NCBI GenBank assembly: GCA_009914755.4
Contig: CP068257.2
Coordinates: 768,001 to 832,000, forward strand
Length of the DNA: 64,000 nucleotides
Source: the human T2T-CHM13v2.0 reference genome, Homo sapiens
Reading direction: 5' to 3'
Below the pieces are notes generated by a model that was not told the DNA's origin, did no database searches, and worked only from the letters and a program-made list of their open reading frames with translations. Both the position numbers and the translations under genes were made by a program. Positions 26,101-39,460 of this stretch are shown piece by piece. Within the stretch, counting starts at the first letter, position 1; each line of letters opens with the position of its first letter.

Positions 26101-29100
26101 CTAGTCTCTGTTTAAAGGGGCCTTGTCACATATCCCTGCACTGATTACCCAGGTGATGTAACTCTTGTCTAGGCTCTGCTTCCAGGGCATATTGTGACAT
26201 AACTATGCACTGATCACCTTATTGATGTAACACTTGTGTAGGCTCGGCCTACAGGGGAATCTTGACATATCTCTGCACTGTTAACCGAGGTGATTTAACT
26301 CTTGTCTAGGCTGTGCCCACAGGGGGATTGAGACATATCTCTGCACTGATCCCGAGGTGATCCAACTCTTGCCTGGTCTCTGCCTACTGGGGACATCGTG
26401 ACATATCTCTGCACTGATCTCCCAGGTGCTGTAAATTTTGTCTAGGCTCTGGCTACACGGTATTGTGACATATCACTGCACTGATCACCCAGGCGTTACA
26501 ACTCTTGTCTAGGCTCTGCCTACAATGGTCTTGTGACATATCTCTGCACTGATCACCCAGGTGATGTAACTCTTCTCTAGGATCTGACCACGGGGTGCTT
26601 TGTGACATATCCCTGCAATGATCACCCAGGTGATATACCACCTGCCAAGGCTCTGCCTACAGGGGCATTGCAATGTATCTCTGCACTGATCACCTAGGTC
26701 TTGTAGCTATTTTCTAGGATCTGCCTACAGGGTGCTTTGTGACGGGTCCCAGCAAGGATTACCCAGGTGATGTACCTCTCATCAAGGCTCTGCCTACAGG
26801 CACATTGCGATATATCTCTGCACTGATCACCTAGGTCATGTAACTTTTTTCTAGGCTCTACCTACGATGGTATTGTGACATATCTCTGCACTAATCATCC
26901 AAGTGATGTAACACTTGTCTAGGATGTGCCTAAATTAACTTTTTGACATAACCCTGTACTGATCATCCAGGTGATGGGGCTTTTGTCTAGGCTCTGCCTA
27001 AGGGGGCATTGTGACATATTTCTGCATTGATCACCCAGGTGGCGAACTCTTCTCTCGGATCTGCCTATGGGGGCATTGTGAGAAATCTCTGCACTGATCA
27101 CCCAGGTGATGTAACTGTTGTGTAACCTCTGCCTACAGGGGAATGGTGAGAGATCTCGCCACTGATTACCCAAGTGATGTAACCATTGTCTAGGCTTTGC
27201 GTACAGGGGGCTTTGTGACATACCTTTGCACTGATCACCCAGGTGATGTAACACATCTAAGTTCGGCCTAAAGGAGCTTTGTGACACATCTCTGCACTGA
27301 TCACTTAGGTGATGTAACACTTTTATAATCACTGCCTACAGGGAATTTTGACAAATCTCTGCACTGATCACCTAGGTGATGTAACTCTTGTCTACCCTCT
27401 GTCCAACGGGGCATTGTGAAATATCTCAGGACTGAACACCCAGGTGATTCAACTCTTGACTAGGAACTGCCTACAGAGGTTATTGTGAAATATCTCTGCA
27501 CTGATAAACTAGGTGGTGTAACCCTTGTCCAAGCTCTGCCTACAGGGGCGTTTCCACATATCCCTGAACTGATGACAAAGTGATGTAACTCTTGCCTAGG
27601 CTTTGCCTACAGGGGCATTGGACATATATCTGCACTGATCACCCAGGTGATGCAACTCTTGCCTAGGCTTTGCCTACAGGGGACACTGTGACATATCTCT
27701 TCAATGATCACTCATGTGATGCATCTCTTGCCTAGGCTTTGCCAACAGGGGACATTGTGACATATCTCTGCACTGATCTCCCTGGTACTGTAACTTTAGT
27801 CTAGGCTCTGGCTACACAGCATTGTGACATATCACTGCACTGATCAACCAGGTGATATAACTCTTGTATAGGCTCTGCCTACAGGGGGATTGTGACCTAC
27901 CTCTGCACTGATCACCCAGGTGATATAACTCTTCTCTAGGATCTGCCTACAGGGTGCTTTGTGACATATCCCTGCACTGATCACCCAGGTGACCTAACTC
28001 TGTTCTAAGCTCTGCCTAAAGGGGCATTGTGACAGATCTCTGCACTGATCACTCAGGTGATGTAACTATTGTCTAGGCTCTGCTTAAAGGGGCCTTGTCA
28101 CATATCCCTGCACTGATCACCCAGGTGATGTAACTCTTGTCTAGGCTCTGCTTCCAGGGCATATTGTGACATAACTATGCACTGATCACCTTAGTGATGT
28201 AACACTTGTGTAGGCTCGGCCTACAGAGGAATCTTGACATATCTCTGCACTGTTAAACGAGGTGATTTAACTCTTGTCTAGGCTGTGCCCACAGGGGGAT
28301 TGAGACATATCTCTGCACTGATCCCGAGGTGATCCAACTCTTGCCTGGTCTCTGCCTACTGGGGACATTGTGACATATCTCTGCACTGATCTCCCAGGTG
28401 CTGTAAATTTTGTCTAGGCTCTGGCTACACGGCATTGTGACTTATCACTGCACTGATCACCCAGGCGATACAACTCTTGTCTAGGCTCTGCCTACAATGG
28501 TCTTGTGACATATCTCTGCACTGATCACCCAGGTGATATAACTCTTCTCTAGGATCTGACCACGGGGTGCTTTGTGACATATCCCTGCAATGATCACCCA
28601 GGTGATATACCACTTGCCAAGGCTCTGCTTACAGGGGCATTGCAATGTATCTCTGCACTGATCACCTAGGTCTTGTAGCTATTTTCTAGGATCTGCCTAC
28701 AGGGTGCTTTGTGACGGGTCCCAGCAAGGATTACCCAGGTGATGTACCTCTCATCAAGGCTCTGCCTACAGGCACATTGCGATATATCTCTGCACTGATC
28801 ACCTAGGACATGTAACTTTTGTCTAGGCTCTACGTACGATGGTATTGTGACATATCTCTGCACTAATCATCCAAGTGATGTAACACTTGTCTAGGATGTG
28901 CCTAAATTAACTTTTTGACATAACCCTGTACTGATCATCCAGGTGATGGGGCTTTTGTCTAGGCTCTGCCTAAGGGGGCATTGTGACATATTTCTGCATT
29001 GATCACCCAGGTGGCGAACTCTTCTCTCGGATCTGCCTATGGGGGCATTGTGAGAAATCTCTGCACTGATCACCCAGGTGATGTAACTGTTGTGTAACAT

Positions 29101-31297
29101 CTGCCTACAGGGGAATTGTGAGAGATCTCCCCACTGATTACCCAAGTGATGTAACCATTGTCTAGGCTTTGCGTACAGGGGGCTTTGTGACATACCTTTG
29201 CACTGATCACCCAGGTGATGTAACACATCTAAGTTCGGCCTAAAGGAGCTTTGTGACACATCTCTGCACTGATCACTTAGGTGATGTAACACTTTTATAA
29301 TCACTGCCTACAGGGAATTTTGACAAATCTCTGCACTGATCACCTAGGTGATGTAACTCTTGTCTACCCTCTGTCCAACGGGGCATTGTGAAATATCTCA
29401 GCACTGAACACCCAGGTGATTCAACTCTTGACTAGGAACTGCCTACAGAGGTTATTGTGAAATATCTCTGCACTGATAAACTAGGTGGTGTAACCCTTGT
29501 CCAAGCTATGCCTACAGGGGCGTTTCCACATATCCCTGAACTGATGACAAAGGTGATGCAACTCTTGCCTATGCTTTGCCTACAGGGACATTGGACATAT
29601 ATCTGCACTGATCACCCAGGTCATGCAACTCCTGCCTAGGCTTTGCCTACAGGGGACACTGTGACATATCTCTTCAATGATCTCTCATGTGATGCATCTC
29701 TTGCCTAGGCTTTGCCAACAGGGGACATTGTGACATATCTCTGCACTGATCTCCCTGGTACTGTAACTTTAGTCTAGGCTCTGGCTAAACGGCATTGTGA
29801 CATATCAATGCACTGATCAACCAGGTGATATAACTCTTGTATAGGCTCTGCCTACAGGGGGCTTGTGACCTACCTCTGCACTGATCACCCAGGTGATATA
29901 ACTCTTCTCTAGGATCTGCCTACAGGGTGCTTTGTGACATATCCCTGCACTGATCACCCAGGTGACCTAACTCTGGTCTAAGCTCTGCCTAAAGGGGCAT
30001 TGTGACAGATCTCTGCACTGATCACTCAGGTGATGTAACTATTGTCTAGGCTCTGATTAAAGGGGCCTTGTCACATATCCCTGCACTGATCACACAGGTG
30101 ATGTAACTCTTGTGTAGACTCTGCTTCCTGGGCATATTGTGACACAACTATGCACTGATCACCTTAGTGATGTAACACTTGTGTAGGCTCGGCCTACAGA
30201 GGAATCTTGACATATCTCTGCACTGTTAAACGAGGTGATTTAACTCTTGTCTAGGCTGTGCCCACAGGGGGATTGAGACATATCTCTGCACTGATCCCGA
30301 GTTGATCCAACTCTTGCCTGGTCTCTGCCTACTGGGGACATTGTGACATATCTCTGCACTGATCTCCCAGGTGCTGTAAATTTTGTCTAGGCTCTGGCTA
30401 CACGGCATTGTGACTTATCACTGCACTGATCACCCAGGCGATACAACTCTTGTCTAGGCTCTGCCTACAATGGTCTTGTGACATATCTCTGCACTGATCA
30501 CCCAGGTGATATAACTCTTCTCTAGGATCTGACCACGGGGTGCTTTGTGACATATCCCTGCAATGATCACCCAGGTGATATACCACTTGCCAAGGCTCTG
30601 CTTACAGCGGCATTGCAATGTATCTCTGTACTGATCACCTAGGTCTTCTAGCTATTTTCTAGGATCTGCCTACAGGGTGCTTTGTGACGGGTCCCAGCAA
30701 GGATTACCCAGGTGATGTACCTCTCATCAAGGCTCTGCCTACAGGCACATTGCGATATATCTCTGCACTGATCACCTAGGTCACGTAACTTTTGTCTAGG
30801 CTCTACCTACGATGGTATTGTGACATATCTCTGCACTAATCATCCAAGTGATGTAACACTTGTCTAGGATGTGCCTAAATTAACTTTTTGACATAACCCT
30901 GTACTGATCATCCAGGTGATGGGGCTTTTGTCTAGGCTCTGCCTAAGGGGGCATTGTGACATATTTCTGCATTGATCAGCCAGGTGGCGAACCCTTCTCT
31001 CGGATCTGCCTATGGGGGCATTGTGAGAAATCTCTGCACTGATCACCCAGGTGATGTAACTGTTGTGTAACCTCTGCCTACAGGGGAATTGTGAGAGATC
31101 TCCCCACTGATTACCCAAGTGATGTAACCATTGTCTAGGCTTTGCGTACAGGGGGCTTTGTGACATACCTTTGCACTGATCACCCAGGTGATGTAACACA
31201 TCTAAGTTCGGCCTAAAGGAGCTTTGTGACACATCTCTGCACTGATCACTTAGGTGATGTAACTCTTGTCTACCCTCTGTCCAACGGGGCATTGTGA
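23139..31297. repeat. 8159-bp duplicon, copy 1 (4 HORs plus ~270 bp; HOR variants F, G, I, H).
   Basis: Every ORF-track element in 23515-30864 recurs exactly 8159 bp downstream with zero or one aa change, for example 23515/31674, 24482/32641, 24948/33107, 26919/35078, 28891/37050, 29457/37616, 30864/39023. The left boundary is set by the offset-8159 match starting at gaaatctctgcactg 23139 / 31298. Confidence 0.75.
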
Positions 31298-31300
31298 GAA
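31249..31300. other. Compound breakpoint: a 68-bp monomer-deletion junction (cacttaggtgatgtaa|ctcttgtctaccc, ~31262) followed 36 bp later by the duplicon junction (ggggcattgtga|gaaatctctg, ~31297), which jumps back ~4 monomers.
   Basis: 31201-31320: ...cactgatcacttaggtgatgtaactcttgtctaccctctgtccaacggggcattgtgagaaatctctgcactgatcacccaggtgatgtaactgttg. The flanks are of different HOR variants (ctccccactg / cctttgcactg / gtgacacatctc upstream vs ctcgccactg / ccttttcactg / gtgacatatctc downstream). Confidence 0.65.
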
Positions 31301-34300
31301 ATCTCTGCACTGATCACCCAGGTGATGTAACTGTTGTGTAACCTCTGCCTACAGGGGAATTGTGAGAGATCTCGCCACTGATTACCCAAGTGATGTAACC
31401 ATTGTCTAGGCTTTGCGTACAGGGGCTTTGTGACATACCTTTTCACTGATCACCCAGGTGATGTAACACATCTAAGTTCGGCCTAAAGGAGCTTTGTGAC
31501 ATATCTCTGCACTGATCACTTAGGTGATGTAACACTTTTATAATCACTGCCTACAGGGAATTTGACGAATCTCTGCACTCATCACCTAGGTGATGTAACT
31601 CTTGTCTACCCTCTGTCCAACGGGGCATTGTGAAATATCTCTGCACTGATCACCCAGGTGATTCAACTCTTGACTAGGAACTGCCTACAGAGGTTATTGT
31701 GAAATATCTCTGCACTGATAAACTAGGTGGTGTAACCCTTGTCCAAACTCTGCCTACAGGGGCGTTTCCACATATCCCTGAACTGATGACAAAGGTGATG
31801 TAACACTTGCCTAGGCTTTGCCTACAGGGGACATTGGACATATATCGGCACTGATCACCCAGGTGATGCAACTCTTGCCTAGGCTTTGCCTACAGGGGAC
31901 ATTGTGACATATCTCTTCAATGATCACTCATGTGATGCAACTCTAGCCTAGGCTTTGCCTACGGGGGACATTGTGACATATCTCTGCACTGATCTCCCAG
32001 GTACTTTAACTTTAGTCTAGGCTCTGGCTACACGTTATTGTGACATATCACTGCACTGATCAACCAGGTGATATAACTCTTGTATAGGCTCTGCCTACAG
32101 GGGGATTGTGACCTACCTCTGCACTGATCACCCAGGTGATATAACTCTTCTCTAGGATCTGCCTACAGGGTGCTTTGTGACATATCCCTGCACTGATCAC
32201 CCAGGTGATCTAACACCGGTCTAAGCTCTGCCTAAAGGGGCATTGTGACAGATCTCTGCACTGATCACTCAGGTGACGTAACTATTGTCTAGGCTCTGCT
32301 TAAAGGGGCCTTGTCACATATCTCTGCACTGATCACCCAGGTGATGTAACTATTGTCTAGGCTCTGCTTCCAGGGCATATTGTGACATATCTATGCACTG
32401 ATCACCTTAGTGATGTAACACTTGTGTAGGCTCGGCCTACAGGGGAATCTTGACATATCTCTGCACTCTTAAACGAGGTGATTTAACTCTTGTCCAGGCT
32501 GTGCCCACAGTGGGATTGAGACATATCTCTGCACTGATCCCGAGGTGATCCAACTCTTGCCTGGTCTCTGCCTACTGGGGACATTGTGACATATCTCTGC
32601 ACTGATCTCCCAGGTGCTGTAAATTTAGTCTACGCTCTGGCTACACGGCATTGTGACATATCACTGCACTGATCACCCAGGCGATACAACTCTTGTCTAG
32701 GCTCTGCCTACAATGAACTTGTGACATATCTCTGCACTGATCACCCATGTGATATAACTTTTCTCTAGGATCTGACCACACGGTGCTTTGTGACATATCC
32801 CTGCAATGATCACCCAGGTGATATACCACTTGCCAAGGCTCTGCCTACAGGGGCATTGCAATGTATCTCTGCACTGATCACCTAGGTCTTGTAGCTAATT
32901 TCTAGGATCTGCCTACAGGGTGCTATGTGACGTGTCCCAGCAAGGATTACCCAGGTGATGTACCTCTCATCAAGGCTCTGCCTAAAGGCACATTGCGATA
33001 TATCTCTGCACTGATCACCTAGGTCATGTAACTTTTGTCTAGGATCTACCTAAGATGGCATTGTGACATATCTCTGCACTAATCATCCAAGTGATGTAAC
33101 ACTTGTCTAGGATGTGCCTAAATTAACTTTTTGACATAACCCTGTACTGATCATCCAGGTGATGGGGCTTTTGTCTAGGCTCTGCCTAAGGGGGCATTGT
33201 GACATATATCTGCATTGATCACCCAGGTGGCGAACTCTTCTCTCGGATCTGCCTATGGGGGCATTGTGAGAAATCTCTGCACTGATCACCCAGGTGATGT
33301 AATTGTTGTGTAACCTCTGCCTACACGGGAATTGTGAAAGATCTCGCCACTGATTACCCAAGTGATGTAACCATTGTCTAGGCTTTGCCTACAGGGGGCT
33401 TTGTGACATAACTTTGCACTGATCACCCAGGTGATGTAACACATCTAAGTTCGGGCTAAAGGAGCTTTGTGACACATCTCTGCACTGATCACTTAGGTGA
33501 TGTAACACTTTTATAATCACTGCCTACAGGGAATTTGACGAATCTCTGCACTGATCACCTAGGTGATGTAACTCTTGTCTACCCTCTGTCCAACGGGGCA
33601 TTGTGAAATATCTCTGCACTGAACACCCACGTGATTCAAATCTTGACTAGAAACTGCCTACAGAGGTTATTGTGAAATATCTCTGCACTGATAAACTAGG
33701 TTGTGTAACCCTTCTCCAAGCTGTGCCTACAGTGGCGTTTCCACATATCCCTGAACTGATGACAAAGGTGATGTAACTCTTGCCTAGGCTTTGCCTACAG
33801 GGGACATTGGACATATATCTACACTGATCACCCAGGTGATGCAACTCTTGCCTAGGCTTTGTCTACAGGGGACATTGTGACATATCTCTTCAATGATCAC
33901 TCATGTGATGCATCTCTTGCCTAGGCTTTGCCAACAGGGGACATTGACATATCTCTGCACTGATCTCCCAGGTGCTGTAACTTTAGTCTAGGCTCTGGCT
34001 ACACGGCATTGTGACATATCACTGCACTGATCAACCAGGTGATATAACTCTTGTATAGGCTCTGCCTACATGGGGATTGTGACATACATCTGCACTGATC
34101 ACCCAGGTGATATAACTCTTCTCTAGGATCTGCCTACAGGGTGCTTTGTGACATATCGCTGCACTGATCACCCAGGTGACCTAACTCTGGTCTAAGCTCT
34201 GCCTAAAGGGGCATTGTGACAGATCTCTGCACTGATCACTCAGGTGATGTAACTGTTGTCTAGTCTCTGTTTAAAGGGGCCTTGTCACATATCCCTGCAC

Positions 34301-37300
34301 TGATTACCCAGGTGATGTAACTCTTGTCTAGGCTCTGCTTCCAGGGCATATTGTGACATAACTATGCACTGATCACCTTATTGATGTAACACTTGTGTAG
34401 GCTCGGCCTACAGGGGAATCTTGACATATCTCTGCACTGTTAACCGAGGTGATTTAACTCTTGTCTAGGCTGTGCCCACAGGGGGATTGAGACATATCTC
34501 TGCACTGATCCCGAGGTGATCCAACTCTTGCCTGGTCTCTGCCTACTGGGGACATCGTGACATATCTCTGCACTGATCTCCCAGGTGCTGTAAATTTTGT
34601 CTAGGCTCTGGCTACACGGTATTGTGACATATCACTGCACTGATCACCCAGGCGTTACAACTCTTGTCTAGGCTCTGCCTACAATGGTCTTGTGACATAT
34701 CTCTGCACTGATCACCCAGGTGATGTAACTCTTCTCTAGGATCTGACCACGGGGTGCTTTGTGACATATCCCTGCAATGATCACCCAGGTGATATACCAC
34801 TTGCCAAGGCTCTGCCTACAGGGGCATTGCAATGTATCTCTGCACTGATCACCTAGGTCTTGTAGCTATTTTCTAGGATCTGCCTACAGGGTGCTTTGTG
34901 ACGGGTCCCAGCAAGGATTACCCAGGTGATGTACCTCTCATCAAGGCTCTGCCTACAGGCACATTGCGATATATCTCTGCACTGATCACCTAGGTCATGT
35001 AACTTTTTTCTAGGCTCTACCTACGATGGTATTGTGACATATCTCTGCACTAATCATCCAAGTGATGTAACACTTGTCTAGGATGTGCCTAAATTAACTT
35101 TTTGACATAACCCTGTACTGATCATCCAGGTGATGGGGCTTTTGTCTAGGCTCTGCCTAAGGGGGCATTGTGACATATTTGTGCATTGATCACCCAGGTG
35201 GCGAACTCTTCTCTCGGATCTGCCTATGGGGGCATTGTGAGAAATCTCTGCACTGATCACCCAGGTGATGTAACTGTTGTGTAACCTCTGCCTACAGGGG
35301 AATGGTGAGAGATCTCGCCACTGATTACCCAAGTGATGTAACCATTGTCTAGGCTTTGCGTACAGGGGGCTTTGTGACATACCTTTGCACTGATCACCCA
35401 GGTGATGTAACACATCTAAGTTCGGCCTAAAGGAGCTTTGTGACACATCTCTGCACTGATCACTTAGGTGATGTAACACTTTTATAATCACTGCCTACAG
35501 GGAATTTTGACAAATCTCTGCACTGATCACCTAGGTGATGTAACTCTTGTCTACCCTCTGTCCAACGGGGCATTGTGAAATATCTCAGGACTGAACACCC
35601 AGGTGATTCAACTCTTGACTAGGAACTGCCTACAGAGGTTATTGTGAAATATCTCTGCACTGATAAACTAGGTGGTGTAACCCTTGTCCAAGCTCTGCCT
35701 ACAGGGGCGTTTCCACATATCCCTGAACTGATGACAAAGTGATGTAACTCTTGCCTAGGCTTTGCCTACAGGGGCATTGGACATATATCTGCACTGATCA
35801 CCCAGGTGATGCAACTCTTGCCTAGGCTTTGCCTACAGGGGACACTGTGACATATCTCTTCAATGATCACTCATGTGATGCATCTCTTGCCTAGGCTTTG
35901 CCAACAGGGGACATTGTGACATATCTCTGCACTGATCTCCCTGGTACTGTAACTTTAGTCTAGGCTCTGGCTACACAGCATTGTGACATATCACTGCACT
36001 GATCAACCAGGTGATATAACTCTTGTATAGGCTCTGCCTACAGGGGGATTGTGACCTACCTCTGCACTGATCACCCAGGTGATATAACTCTTCTCTAGGA
36101 TCTGCCTACAGGGTGCTTTGTGACATATCCCTGCACTGATCACCCAGGTGACCTAACTCTGTTCTAAGCTCTGCCTAAAGGGGCATTGTGACAGATCTCT
36201 GCACTGATCACTCAGGTGATGTAACTATTGTCTAGGCTCTGCTTAAAGGGGCCTTGTCACATATCCCTGCACTGATCACCCAGGTGATGTAACTCTTGTC
36301 TAGGCTCTGCTTCCAGGGCATATTGTGACATAACTATGCACTGATCACCTTAGTGATGTAACACTTGTGTAGGCTCGGCCTACAGAGGAATCTTGACATA
36401 TCTCTGCACTGTTAAACGAGGTGATTTAACTCTTGTCTAGGCTGTGCCCACAGGGGGATTGAGACATATCTCTGCACTGATCCCGAGGTGATCCAACTCT
36501 TGCCTGGTCTCTGCCTACTGGGGACATTGTGACATATCTCTGCACTGATCTCCCAGGTGCTGTAAATTTTGTCTAGGCTCTGGCTACACGGCATTGTGAC
36601 TTATCACTGCACTGATCACCCAGGCGATACAACTCTTGTCTAGGCTCTGCCTACAATGGTCTTGTGACATATCTCTGCACTGATCACCCAGGTGATATAA
36701 CTCTTCTCTAGGATCTGACCACGGGGTGCTTTGTGACATATCCCTGCAATGATCACCCAGGTGATATACCACTTGCCAAGGCTCTGCTTACAGGGGCATT
36801 GCAATGTATCTCTGCACTGATCACCTAGGTCTTGTAGCTATTTTCTAGGATCTGCCTACAGGGTGCTTTGTGACGGGTCCCAGCAAGGATTACCCAGGTG
36901 ATGTACCTCTCATCAAGGCTCTGCCTACAGGCACATTGCGATATATCTCTGCACTGATCACCTAGGACATGTAACTTTTGTCTAGGCTCTACGTACGATG
37001 GTATTGTGACATATCTCTGCACTAATCATCCAAGTGATGTAACACTTGTCTAGGATGTGCCTAAATTAACTTTTTGACATAACCCTGTACTGATCATCCA
37101 GGTGATGGGGCTTTTGTCTAGGCTCTGCCTAAGGGGGCATTGTGACATATTTCTGCATTGATCACCCAGGTGGCGAACTCTTCTCTCGGATCTGCCTATG
37201 GGGGCATTGTGAGAAATCTCTGCACTGATCACCCAGGTGATGTAACTGTTGTGTAACATCTGCCTACAGGGGAATTGTGAGAGATCTCCCCACTGATTAC

Positions 37301-39457
37301 CCAAGTGATGTAACCATTGTCTAGGCTTTGCGTACAGGGGGCTTTGTGACATACCTTTGCACTGATCACCCAGGTGATGTAACACATCTAAGTTCGGCCT
37401 AAAGGAGCTTTGTGACACATCTCTGCACTGATCACTTAGGTGATGTAACACTTTTATAATCACTGCCTACAGGGAATTTTGACAAATCTCTGCACTGATC
37501 ACCTAGGTGATGTAACTCTTGTCTACCCTCTGTCCAACGGGGCATTGTGAAATATCTCAGCACTGAACACCCAGGTGATTCAACTCTTGACTAGGAACTG
37601 CCTACAGAGGTTATTGTGAAATATCTCTGCACTGATAAACTAGGTGGTGTAACCCTTGTCCAAGCTATGCCTACAGGGGCGTTTCCACATATCCCTGAAC
37701 TGATGACAAAGGTGATGCAACTCTTGCCTATGCTTTGCCTACAGGGACATTGGACATATATCTGCACTGATCACCCAGGTCATGCAACTCCTGCCTAGGC
37801 TTTGCCTACAGGGGACACTGTGACATATCTCTTCAATGATCTCTCATGTGATGCATCTCTTGCCTAGGCTTTGCCAACAGGGGACATTGTGACATATCTC
37901 TGCACTGATCTCCCTGGTACTGTAACTTTAGTCTAGGCTCTGGCTAAACGGCATTGTGACATATCAATGCACTGATCAACCAGGTGATATAACTCTTGTA
38001 TAGGCTCTGCCTACAGGGGGCTTGTGACCTACCTCTGCACTGATCACCCAGGTGATATAACTCTTCTCTAGGATCTGCCTACAGGGTGCTTTGTGACATA
38101 TCCCTGCACTGATCACCCAGGTGACCTAACTCTGGTCTAAGCTCTGCCTAAAGGGGCATTGTGACAGATCTCTGCACTGATCACTCAGGTGATGTAACTA
38201 TTGTCTAGGCTCTGATTAAAGGGGCCTTGTCACATATCCCTGCACTGATCACACAGGTGATGTAACTCTTGTGTAGACTCTGCTTCCTGGGCATATTGTG
38301 ACACAACTATGCACTGATCACCTTAGTGATGTAACACTTGTGTAGGCTCGGCCTACAGAGGAATCTTGACATATCTCTGCACTGTTAAACGAGGTGATTT
38401 AACTCTTGTCTAGGCTGTGCCCACAGGGGGATTGAGACATATCTCTGCACTGATCCCGAGTTGATCCAACTCTTGCCTGGTCTCTGCCTACTGGGGACAT
38501 TGTGACATATCTCTGCACTGATCTCCCAGGTGCTGTAAATTTTGTCTAGGCTCTGGCTACACGGCATTGTGACTTATCACTGCACTGATCACCCAGGCGA
38601 TACAACTCTTGTCTAGGCTCTGCCTACAATGGTCTTGTGACATATCTCTGCACTGATCACCCAGGTGATATAACTCTTCTCTAGGATCTGACCACGGGGT
38701 GCTTTGTGACATATCCCTGCAATGATCACCCAGGTGATATACCACTTGCCAAGGCTCTGCTTACAGCGGCATTGCAATGTATCTCTGTACTGATCACCTA
38801 GGTCTTCTAGCTATTTTCTAGGATCTGCCTACAGGGTGCTTTGTGACGGGTCCCAGCAAGGATTACCCAGGTGATGTACCTCTCATCAAGGCTCTGCCTA
38901 CAGGCACATTGCGATATATCTCTGCACTGATCACCTAGGTCACGTAACTTTTGTCTAGGCTCTACCTACGATGGTATTGTGACATATCTCTGCACTAATC
39001 ATCCAAGTGATGTAACACTTGTCTAGGATGTGCCTAAATTAACTTTTTGACATAACCCTGTACTGATCATCCAGGTGATGGGGCTTTTGTCTAGGCTCTG
39101 CCTAAGGGGGCATTGTGACATATTTCTGCATTGATCAGCCAGGTGGCGAACCCTTCTCTCGGATCTGCCTATGGGGGCATTGTGAGAAATCTCTGCACTG
39201 ATCACCCAGGTGATGTAACTGTTGTGTAACCTCTGCCTACAGGGGAATTGTGAGAGATCTCCCCACTGATTACCCAAGTGATGTAACCATTGTCTAGGCT
39301 TTGCGTACAGGGGGCTTTGTGACATACCTTTGCACTGATCACCCAGGTGATGTAACACATCTAAGTTCGGCCTAAAGGAGCTTTGTGACACATCTCTGCA
39401 CTGATCACTTAGGTGATGTAACTCTTGTCTACCCTCTGTCCAACGGGGCATTGTGAA
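31298..39457. repeat. 8159-bp duplicon, copy 2; ~99.9% identical to copy 1 by eye.
   Basis: As above. Differences seen are single-base: 32751 ataacttttctc vs 24591 ataactcttctc; 33341 gtgaaagatc vs 25181 gtgagagatc; 35201 region QCTNMS vs QCRNMS. The right end is at cattgtga 39449-39457, followed by aatatctcaggactg. Confidence 0.75.
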
Positions 39458-39460
39458 ATA
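39405..39460. other. 68-bp monomer deletion junction (cacttaggtgatgtaa|ctcttgtctaccc), same type as at 31262.
   Basis: Compare with the intact arrangement at 37441-37520 (cacttaggtgatgtaacacttttataatcactgcctacagggaattttgacaaatctctgcactgatcacctaggtgatgtaactcttgtctaccc). ORF spacing 39023 to 40928 is 1905. Confidence 0.75.

Noticed and set aside
29457-29639. Plus-strand 60-aa ORF (duplicated at 37616..37798)
   Set aside because: It is the only plus-strand ORF, lies inside satellite monomers, and its duplicate is exactly 8159 bp away because of the block duplication. It is a chance ORF.
23139-39457. Interpreting the two near-identical 8159-bp blocks as a definite assembly artefact
   Set aside because: The novel junction at 31297 has a clean microhomology breakpoint, and the two copies differ by a few real-looking single-base changes. 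This is consistent with a genuine recent duplication, and the sequence alone cannot decide. It is kept as a finding to validate with spanning reads rather than dismissed.
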